30,500 nt of DNA from Cladosporium halotolerans (taxonomy: Eukaryota), in assembly GCF_011745625.1 (NCBI RefSeq), contig NW_027191467.1, positions 558,001 to 588,500 on the forward strand, written 5' to 3'. The position numbers were made by a program, and so were the translations under genes. The notes under the pieces were generated by a model, which did not search any database, was not told the DNA's origin, and was given only the letters and a program-made list of their open reading frames with translations. Shown here piece by piece: positions 21,598 to 30,500 of the stretch (position 1 is its first letter; every line of letters starts with the position of its first letter).

Positions 21598-23179
21598 ATG
21601 CGGTCGCCGCTGCGGCTCGCAACTCTCGCTACCATCACAGCAATCCTCTTCGCCCACCCTTCACATCAGCAGACATACACACAATGCGATCCCACGACAC
21701 AATCATGTCCTCCCGACACCGCCCTTGGACGAGCCACCAGCGCTGACTTCACCGCCGGTCAATCTTCGGAATTCTCCCCTCAAGGCAATCCAGTCTACCA
21801 GTCTGACGGCGTACACTTGACCGTCGCGCAATCCGGCGATGCACCACAGCTTAACTCGAATTGGTATATCATGTTTGGACACGTCGAGGTGGTCATGAAG
21901 GCAGCACCTGGAGCGGGTATCGTCAGCTCTGTCGTGTTGCAATCGGATACTCTTGACGAGATTGACTGGGAATGGTTGGGAGCTGCCAACGACGAAGTGC
22001 AGAGCAACTACTTTGGCAAGGGTCAGACAACGACCTACGACAGAGCTGCAGTCCACGCAGTCACCGACTCGCAGAACCAGTTTCACACTTACACTATCGA
22101 CTGGACAAATGAACGCATCGTCTGGCAGATCGATGGCCAGACAGTACGAGTCCTTGAGGAAAGTGACGCTCATGGCCAATTCCCTCAAACTCCCTGTCAG
22201 TTCAAGCTCGGCATTTGGAGTGGTGGTGATCCTGGCAACCCACAGGGTACCATTGGCTGGTCTCGCGGTCCAACCGACTACACCCAAGGACCTTTCACTA
22301 TGGTCGTACAATCTGTCTCTGTCATTGACTATTCTACCGGTGACAAGTACAGCTACGGCGATCAGAGTGGCACCTGGGGAAGCATTGTCGCTGAAAACGG
22401 CCAAGTCAATGCGAATGTCGGTGCAGCAAGCGGTACTGACACCACTGCTCCCCAAGTGTCATCGGCAGCTGCTAGCGGTAACCCCGAACCTTTCGAGGGC
22501 ACCCACCGTAGTCAAGAGGGCACCTACACAACCCCAAGCGTTTACCCTTGGGTTCCTCAGTCGACAACTTTCAGCTCTGCTCCGGCTGTCACCAACACCA
22601 ACTACCCTGGCCTTCCATCTGGGTGGACCGTCGCTTCCAACGGAAAAGTCGTTCCACCCAGTGCGGCCCCAGTGAGTAAGAACCTCCCAGAGCGCTCACC
22701 CCTGACTGATCTTATGTACTAACAAATCATTCCAGTCGACATCCCCTCCCGTCTCGTCGCCCTTGTTGCCGGCGGCCTCAGTTGCGGGCTACTGTTCCGC
22801 TTCTGGGTATAAAGTCGTGACGTCCTACGACGTCCAGGGCTTCCTCACCACAGCCACTGTTGGCGAAGGTATCTCCACCGGTTTCGACGAGCGCGGTTTC
22901 CCCACGACTCTATACCCTGCGAACTGCCCGACCTCCAACTTTCCAATGAAAGCCGGCGAGATCCTGCAGGCGAGCACGATCGTCCGCGGCGAGCAAGAGT
23001 CTTCAGCAGAGTCCGAAGTCTCGTCTTCGTCTGGGCCAGTCGTGCTCCCGACGGACTCAGGGCCCGGCATCGCAACAGGAGTCGCACCTCCACAATCCGG
23101 AGGCATCAGACAGGTTTCCCAGCAACCTGTCTCTTTCACAGCATGTGTCTTGGCGTTAGTATTTTTGATCTTTGCATAG
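21598..23179 (+). CDS. CRH1: GH16 Crh-family chitin/glucan transglycosylase, GPI-anchored cell-wall protein (long isoform about 505 aa ending 23179; alternative short isoform about 384 aa ending 22812)
   Basis: Signal peptide MRSPLRLATLATITAILFAHPSHQ, then QTYTQCDPTTQSCPPDTALG, YIMFGHVEVVMKAAPGAGIVSS, catalytic LDEIDWEWLG, VQSNYFGKG, FHTYTIDW, FPQTP, GIWSGGD, and a Ser/Thr-rich stalk. The intron runs from donor 22672 (or 22676) through TACTAAC to CAG at 22735. Both resulting frames end in a hydrophobic C-terminus. Symbol is family-level only. Confidence 0.92.
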
Positions 23180-23578
23180 CGGGACCGGCGCTTCATCTGA
23201 TGGTTTTGACGATTCCCTTTTGAATGAGTTTTGGATTATCGAAGCAAGCCAAGCGCTGGTGCTGCGAGGATGGTTTCCTCTTGTCTTGGGAATATAAAAA
23301 GAAAAAGGATGGTGCGGGGGCTTCTTGTAGATATGTGTCATAAATTGATGGTCAAGTTCTCAGCGATTTGCCATTGTTTTCTGGTTCCGACTCTTAATTT
23401 TAGTACTTTTCCCGTCCAGCCTCGTCTGGATTTCAATGGCTTTTTGTGTCTCAGCCGCACGCTTTCTGGCATCGCATCTCACAGTCACATCTTAGTCATC
23501 CCCATATTATCGGAAAATTCCACTCGACGTTACATCGCCAGTCGTATCGCAACAACACCGTCCAAAACACATCGTCTA

Positions 23579-23587
23579 ATGAGTCAT
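23579..23587. promoter_or_regulatory. Perfect Gcn4/CpcA (AP-1-type) site ATGAGTCAT upstream of the GNAT gene
   Basis: Exact 9-bp consensus ATGA(C/G)TCAT about 205 bp before the GNAT ATG at 23792. Confidence 0.45.
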
Positions 23588-23791
23588 CCACAATTCCATT
23601 CAAGTCCACCATAAGCTACGGACACCCGGTCCCATTGATCCCATCCTCACCCCTTCGATCGCCCTCACATCACCTCGTCCATCCTAACCCCAACCCGAAC
23701 CCTAACAACCCCAACACACCCAACGACAACAACGACATCCAATCCTCGAAAACTCCAAAATCAAAATCAAACCCCTCCCGCCCCGACAAAA

Positions 23792-24667
23792 ATGACAGAC
23801 CCCTCAACCCTCCCAACCCCACCCCTAACAACCCTCCAAACCCCCCGCCTCACCCTCCGCACCGCGCTTCCTTCCGACCTCCCATCCCTCCTCCCCATCA
23901 TCACCGACCCGGCCACGATGGAATTCACCTCGGGCGTCGTCCCGAAGGGCGATTTGGCCCGGGCGGAGAAGTGGGTTAGCGCGAGGGTGTTGGGGGAGGG
24001 GGTGTTTAATTTCGTGGTGTTGAAGAGGAAGGAGGATGGAGGGGAAGGGGAGCTGGTGGGGATCATGGGCAGCTATGCGTGGCCGGAGGTCGGGTATTTG
24101 GTGCATCCTGGTAAGTTACTTGTTTTTTTCATTTTGGTCTTGGTTTCGGTTTTGTTCATTTCCCTCAAGAGGGGAGATCCTCGTTCTGTTCCTGGGTTTC
24201 CCTTCTTTTCCTCTCCTCCCTTCATTCCCTTCCAGCTTCAGTGAGCAAACCCCCAAGAAAGAGCACCTGCACCGAACACCCCCCCGCCCCCGTCCTCGGC
24301 CCATCACCCCATCCATCCCCACCAGGCTAACAACCCCTCCCCCCTCCCAGCCCACACAGGCAAAGGCTACGCAACCGAAGCCCTGCAAGCTTTCATCCCG
24401 GCTTTCTTCGCCCGCATGCCCCCCTCCTGCTCTCCCTCCACGCCAGGCTTCGACTACATCGAAGCCTACGTCGTCGCCCCCAACGCCGCTTCCGCGCGCG
24501 TCCTGGAGAAGTGCGGGTTCCGCGCTGTGCGGACGCTCGAGGACGAGTTTGAGTGCGAGAGGCTGGGGAGGGTGGATACGGTTGTTTGGAGGGTGGGGAG
24601 GCCGGGGTCGGGGGAGTTGATGGGGAGGGAGGGCGAGGGGGAGGGTTTTGTGCCGCCGGTTCAGTAG
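23792..24667 (+). CDS. GNAT family N-acetyltransferase (RimJ/RimL, Acetyltransf_3-like), about 211 aa
   Basis: Exons 23792-24110 and 24351-24667; intron 24111-24350 (GTAAGT..GCTAAC..CAG). Spliced protein has LQTPRLTLR, PEVGYLVHP-A-HTGKGYATEAL (acetyl-CoA motif A) and NAASARVLEKCGF. Confidence 0.9.
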
Positions 24668-24977
24668 GAGTGGTAGTAGGGAGGGGATGAATTGGAGGGG
24701 AGGAGGTGGGTTTGGTGCTGTGACGGTGTTCTTGTGGGGATGGTCGAGAGGGAGGGTCAGTGGATTGAGGAAGAGCAAGGCGTGCGTGCGGTGCGACGGT
24801 GATGTTCACGTTGGAACAAAATCTGGCCACAGCGTTGTCGTCGACGAGTAGTGGAGTGAGCGCCGAGTGAGTAAAGTATCATTCCCCCTCCTGCCGGCGA
24901 GACTCCAGCCGACGAAGAGCAAACGAGCCAAAGACCACCTACTCAAACGTCTATTCACACCGGGAAATAAGGGAGGA

Positions 24978-24999
24978 AAGCAAGCAAGCAAGCAAGCAA
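24978..24999. repeat. (AAGC)n tetranucleotide microsatellite; a second copy lies at about 25944-25959 just after the amt stop
   Basis: aagcaagcaagcaagcaagcaa. Confidence 0.75.
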
Positions 25000-25961
25000 C
25001 CGCCTACTAGTTATGTATATATACCCACTACGATACAAGCCATCCTACCGCACCTCTCCCTGACCACCTCAAAGCAGCCAAGAAGCAAAGAAAGAAACCC
25101 CCTTCTCCTCACCATCCGTGTTCGCTTTCCCCCTTCTGAACTCCCACCCAAGCGACGCCGAATCCAGAAAGAAGCCTATCTCCGGCTCCGGCTCCTTCGG
25201 CCGCAGACGGTACTTAGCACCTCGCCTAAATCACACCCTGCACCCACCCTGCATCCAGCCAGCGCCAGAGCCAGGCGAGGCCCGCAAGCGAAGTTTGACT
25301 TGAACGCGAGCGGGACATGGGTGGTAGTAGGACTTCGGGGGCGGATGACAGGGTTGTTTTTGGGATGGGCTGGCTGATATGCAGGGCGGTTCGCTCGGCT
25401 GCGCTGCGCTGCGTGTCTCGCGTTTGTATTTATGATTTCCTGCGAAGCAGGGATTGGTTGGTCCGGGGAATGGTGTTTGAGAGCAGGGGAGGCGAGGCGT
25501 GGACGCGGCGGGCGAGGATGGAGTCGCTAGATGTTCACGTCGGCGCGGGGAGAGCGGAGAAGGAAGTAGAGGGGGAGAGGGGGAGTGAGAGGTGGAATGG
25601 TTCAGACGTTTGATTGATCGATCTAATCGTACAGGTCTTTTTGGTCAAAAGTATGATATGATAGGTAAAAATAGGAAGGGAGTCTGCAGTGCCATTTCGT
25701 TGTGATATCTGTGTCCATCATGACATGACACGAAGACTGCTGTGCTGCGTGCTAGAGCCGACAGCTTTGGTGTAGCGCTAATGGTATCTCGAAACATAAA
25801 AAGTAAACAGGAACAAGAGAAAAAAAAAAGACTCATTCGCCATACATCAAGACCGAGGCCCGGACGAGGCCGAATGTCTATTAAATTTTTTTTCCTTCAG
25901 GTAGTAGTGCACAGCACCATTCCAACGGCAAATTAAAACGATCAAGCAAGCAAGCAAGCGA

Positions 25962-27671
25962 TCACGACTCAGCGTGGCCGCCAGCCGCCTTCTCGCGCTC
26001 CGCCTTCTCGTAGGCCTGCGCGTGCCTGTCGCCCGCGGCGACGGGGTGCTGGTGGTCGACGCTGCTCTCGCTGGGCTCCTTGCCCTCGAGCATCTGGGAG
26101 TGGCCCGCGATGCCGTGGCGCTCGCCCTGAGGGATGTTGTGGCCCTCGCCGTTCTGCTCGCCGGTCGCGGGGGTCCAGGCGAGGTAGTCGCGGCGGACCT
26201 CGACGTAGTCGTAGGCGAACTCGCCGAGCTGGTCGTCGTCCATGCCGAGGAGTTCGGCCTCCTCCGACGCGCGCAGGTGCAGGCCGGGGATGAAGTTGAT
26301 GGCGTAGGCGATCAGGGCGGACACGACGAAGGTGTAGGCGGTGCAGGCGACGATGTAGGCGATCTGCTTGTAGATGCTGGCGAAGTTGCCGGTGAGGAAG
26401 CCGCCGACGGAGGAGTCGGCTTCGGCGACGCCCTGCAGGCCGACGATGTAGTCGGCGCCGAGGAAGGCGTTGAAGAGGAGTCCGACCATGCCGGCGACGC
26501 CGTGCTCGGCGAAGACGTCCATGGAGTCGTCGATCTTGATCCAGTACTTGATCTTGGTGGAGAAGTTGGCGACGACGCCGGTGACGATGCCGAGGATGAC
26601 GGAGCCCCAGGGGGTGAGGTAGCCGGAGGCAGGGGTGGCGGCGACGAGGCCGGAAATGAGGCCGGAGCACCAGCCGACCATGGACCACTTGCGGGCGAGG
26701 CGCCAGTCGAGGAGAACCCAGGTCATGGCACCGAAGCAGCCGGTGAGGTTGGAGTTCCAGCAGGCCATGACGGCGCGGAGGTTGGCGCCGAAGGAGGAGC
26801 CACCGTTGAAGCCGAGCCAGCCGAACCAGAGGAAGACGGTGCCGAGGGTGATGAGGGAGACGTTGTGAGGGCGGAAGTTGAGCATCATCTTTTCTTGACG
26901 ACGGCCGAGAACCCAGGAGTAGGCGAGAGCGGCCATACCGGAGACGATCTCGACAGGTCCACCGCCGGCGTAGTCGAGGACACCCCAGCTGAAGGCCCAA
27001 CCGTTGGCACCCCAAGCCCAGCAGGCGACGGGGCAGTAGACGATGGTGGCCCAGAAGAAGATGAAGACGAAGAAGGGGATGAGACGACCGCGCTCAGCGA
27101 CGGCACCTGCGGTAATGGCGGCGGTGACGGCGCAGAACTGCATCTGGTAGAAGGCGAAGAGGAGGTCGGGGATGAGGGTCGAGCCGGGACTGGGGGCGCC
27201 GAGGGTGTTCATGAGACCGAATTTGCGAAGGTTACCGATGAAGCCGTTGGTTGCGGTGTCGCTAAAGGCCAGAGAGTATCCCCAGAAATACCATTGAAAG
27301 CAGACGATAGTGTATGAACCGAGACAGGCGTAGATCATGCTCAGCGCCGACTTTCTTCTTGCGAGACCGGAGTAGAGGAAACCGAGACCGGGAACCATGA
27401 GAATGACCATGGCGGCGGAGACGAGAATGTAGGCCTGGTCACCGGCCTGGTACCATTGGTTCAGGTTTTCGACGGCTGGAAGTGTGTTAGTACTTGTTTT
27501 CCATTGTGTCTTCTCAACGATTGTGTTTCTCCCATTGGCAGTGTTGTGTGGTCACACGACAATGGAATGGCGGGAAGTGTGTGGGGTATGGAGGGACATA
27601 CTGGAATCACCACCGGTGCTCTCGTTGGTGCCATTGAAGACCGCAGGGTCTCCCATCCAGGAGTACGACAT
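25962..27671 (-). CDS. meaA: Ammonium transporter (Amt/Mep family), MeaA/Mep1-3 type, about 527 aa
   Basis: Exons 27671-27602 and 27475-25962; intron 27601-27476 (GTATGT..TACTAAC..CAG) gives MSYSWMGDPAVFNGTNESTGGDS-T-VENLNQWYQAGDQAY. Motifs: LMVPGLGFLYSGLARRKSALS, FQWYFWGYSLAFS, GAVAERGR, DYAGGGPVEIVSG, RPHNV, LWFGWLGFNGGS, GLVAATPASG, IDDSMDVFAEHGVAG, EEAELLGMDDDQLGEFAYDY. Confidence 0.96.
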
Positions 27672-27811
27672 GATGGCGGATGTTCAGACGGACGACGAGA
27701 CCTCGTGAGGGCGGTAAGTGAAGTACAGTCGTACAATGGTCCGGGAGGCGTGGTGGCGTGGGGAGAGACGCCGTGCTGCAGCGTGGAAGCGTGCAGTGGG
27801 TGGAGGCGGAC

Positions 27812-27827
27812 AGAGAGAGAGAGAGAG
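27812..27827. repeat. (AG)8 microsatellite, i.e. a CT-rich tract in the amt leader/core promoter
   Basis: agagagagagagagag about 140 bp upstream of the amt ATG. Pyrimidine tracts are common near fungal transcription starts. Confidence 0.7.
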
Positions 27828-27902
27828 GGAGAGAGTGGGTGGATGAATAGAAGATGCGATGCTAAAACAAGGGTGGAGGCAGGCAGACGGGCAGGATGGC
27901 AG

Positions 27903-28961
27903 TGATAAATGGAGGGCGTTCTTGGAAGCGCAGAGGCGATCTACCCACCCGACCGGGCCCTTTCGCTCAGCAGTGCTCACCTTATCGTGCTAGGCTGTGA
28001 GGCTAGAAGGTAATTAAACGGCGCCGCGCCGAGATGCAGCTGGCAGTGCTTCCCTCGCGGCAAGTGGGTGAGGGCGCAAGGCTTGGCCCGCAGACAGCAG
28101 TGGCCCCATGGAGATGGCGAAGGGTCGGCGCTTTGCTTTTGGCCGGGCAGGATGACACGAAAGGATGGATCATAGTCTGATGAGCCGTCCTGGCCCATCC
28201 CTCCCCACGCCCGCGCGACCACTGTTGCTTCTTGCCAGGCGAGGGCCGCTCCGACTGGCACCACTACTTTACTACTCGCTGTCCTAAAGGCGATAGCGCC
28301 CGTTCATCCATTCCACAGCGCCGCTCGCGGTACACCAACAGCGCGCCAACCCAGGCAGTCAGTCAGCTTTGCGCCAACAACGCTGCCACACCGCACCACC
28401 ATCCATCGCCTCTCGTCAACGGTTTCAGTGGTGGCACGCGGCGAGTCTCATGGAGCGCATGGCAGTCTGGCGCCAGTGCACTCTCCCAGTCGTCGCGGAC
28501 GGGCGAGGGCGAGGGCTGGCCTTATCGAGGCAGATCGGTTCGTTGGAGTGAGGACTACCTAAAATTACGTCGGTGCTACAACGACCTGCAGCGTGATTGG
28601 GCGATAGCGACATCTGCGTGGCGGGCGCTAAGCCTTGCTTGCCGTGCCCACAAGAACCCTGATAGCGATAAGGCCGCCGCTGATTGGCGCTCGCGCTGCT
28701 TATCTGGCCCCGACCAAAGCAGTAAGGCGCCTGAGGCCCCGGCAGTCGCCCTGCGTCACGCCCTTTTGCCTTTTCGCAGCAAGCAGCGATAGATAAACAC
28801 GCTGGGCGACTTGGGACCTCATCGCTTCGGGCGGAATCGGTGCGATCTCGCTGGCCTCGCTTCACCTTGCGGCGTCGACCATTCAACTGTTTGTTCCTGT
28901 CTATTTGAAATATCGCTTGGGCTGCTTGGCGGGTGGGATGTTGTTTCTCGACTCGCGATAA
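27903..28961. promoter_or_regulatory. Cluster of GATA (HGATAR) elements, AreA/NIT2-type nitrogen-regulated promoter of the ammonium transporter
   Basis: HGATAR or its complement at 27903, 27981, 28291, 28521, 28602, 28660, 28666, 28699, 28787, 28791 and 28956, including tandem pairs TGATAGCGATAA and CGATAGATAA. Confidence 0.7.
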
Positions 28962-30500
28962 GCGACTGGCAAGCACAGAGACATACATGAATGATGAGGT
29001 GTACCGTACATACATCCAGCAAACAATCGCCGGCAGTATGTACCACGCTCCATCGCGCGCTCTGTAGGATCGCCACCCACCGTCCGTCCGTGTGTCCGGG
29101 TCCGCGCCGGCCGTAGAAGCAGGCCAGTCTAGAGAACATGGAACGTCACGCCCTTCCAGACCCGCTCTCCATCCGTCCTGAACTTTTTTCCAGACCCTTT
29201 CCTCCGCGGCACTGGCTGGCACTACTACTACTTTGACATGTGCCAGCGACATCGACCGCTCTCCGACATGCGCCGAGTGGTCGCAAGTACTGTAGTCTCG
29301 CCAGCGGGTCTCTCAACCCCAGTCTTCAACTCAACTACCGCTCTCTGATGAATTGCGGGTGAATGCATAGCACAGTACAGTAGTACAATCTGAACAGCCT
29401 ACAGCCCGGCGAAACAAAGAGCCCACGCCACGCTCGCGTGCCCGATCCCGCAGCGCAGCCCAGTCTCGCGTGCCTCTGCTCACGCTCCAGACACCCACAA
29501 TCCCGCGCCTCCAATTGGCCCTTGATAACGCTCTCACAAGCGCACCCTCCGGCCCGCGACCCATCTCATGCGCCACGCGCTCTGCCTAGAATCCGAAGCC
29601 CTGCGCTAAACGGACTGCTGTTCTGCGCTTACGCCAGCTGCCGCGCGCCCCCGCGCGCCGCGCCACCGGGTCCGTTGCCTATCTATCTATCTGCGAGGTC
29701 TGCTCTATCTTGTTGGTTGTTGGTGCTATCTGCGCGCTTTCGCTAGCGTGGCTGGCTTTCGTGGAGTTTGGCTTGGCTTCGAACACCACCACTGTCTCTC
29801 AGAGGCTGCTCGCGAACGCTCCTCCTATCACCGCGCGGGGAGTTTTGGGGGGGATCGGGGTTGCCAATATCTTGGTTGGCGGTTCGTCACTGGTCGACTG
29901 GTGATTTTATTTTTACCAAGAATTGTGGATGTGGGTGTGGATGCGTGCGATCGCCCTGATCGTGCCCCGGGATGTGCATATGCGGCGTTGATCATCCTCG
30001 TCTTGGTCTTGTTCTTGTCTGTCGGTGCTGAGATCCAATAGTCTGGTGTTTTATGGTGTGGTATGACAACAGACTGAGTGACTGACCGACCGACACGAGG
30101 ACAGTCGACGATTCGCGCGCGATAAGCCCGTCGCGAGTCGTTGGTGAGTAGGCGTGCGCCCAACACCATCGCAGCCATCTTCTCATCCACCGTTTCCCGC
30201 ACCCAACACTCCCAAACCCAGCTCCACGCGACACACGCAACCAACCCACCCCTACCTCATGTACCCCAATATCACACCAAACCCTATCACCACCGCTGTT
30301 CCCAAGCAGATCAAAGCGATCAGCGCCGCGCTGCACGCCCGCCCGCCCGCCCCCACGGCGCCGGATCTCATGCACGATTCACGCCCGTCAGAGTCCGCGG
30401 GCGCATGGCCCGCCCTTGCGTGTTTCGCTGACTCGACTCGCTACCGTCAGGTCCTGAACTCTCTTTTCTTGCTTTGGGGGAGAGAGAGAGAGGACTGGGG

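Noticed and set aside
25969..27317. 447-aa antisense and 348-aa alternate-frame ORFs over the amt gene
   Set aside because: Shadows of a high-GC3 coding sequence (Arg/His- or Gly/Asp/Glu-rich translations).
29710..30041. Short hydrophobic ORFs resembling small secreted or membrane peptides
   Set aside because: They begin at non-ATG codons in a G/T-rich tract that yields hydrophobic residues by composition; no splice or motif support.
1..30500. CRISPR arrays, tRNA/rRNA genes, transposons or RIP-degraded repeats
   Set aside because: No repeat-spacer arrays, cloverleaf or rRNA-like segments, transposase/RT ORFs, LTRs/TIRs or AT-rich RIP tracts were seen by eye.

Overview
GC-rich eukaryotic DNA from a filamentous ascomycete (Pezizomycotina; short GT-AG introns with CTRAY branch sites). 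It is not prokaryotic, and I see no CRISPR arrays, rRNA, tRNA or recognisable transposons. Ten protein-coding genes can be reconstructed by hand with in-frame splice junctions: a Wee1/Swe1 kinase (cut by the left edge and absent from the ORF track), a biotin carboxylase-BCCP subunit ending in a PTS1-like ARL, a YPR011c/Leu5-type mitochondrial carrier, a Lys/Ala/Pro-rich histone-H1-tail-like protein with no globular domain, NAD-glutamate dehydrogenase (GDH2), a GH20 beta-hexosaminidase, gamma-glutamyl-phosphate reductase (PRO2), a GH16 Crh transglycosylase, a RimJ/L-type GNAT, and a MeaA/Mep1-type ammonium transporter with a dense GATA-site promoter. The most interesting observation is a pair of tandem splice donors 4 nt apart (GTGAGTAAG) in the crh gene, which read the last exon in two frames, each giving a plausible GPI-anchor tail. 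Also notable are the probably peroxisomal orphan biotin-carboxylase subunit, the tail-only SPKK-rich H1-like protein, repeated sub-kb C-rich to G-rich skew flips that ignore gene strand, and a 3-codon uORF abutting the wee1 start. All gene models are manual predictions without database or RNA-seq support.
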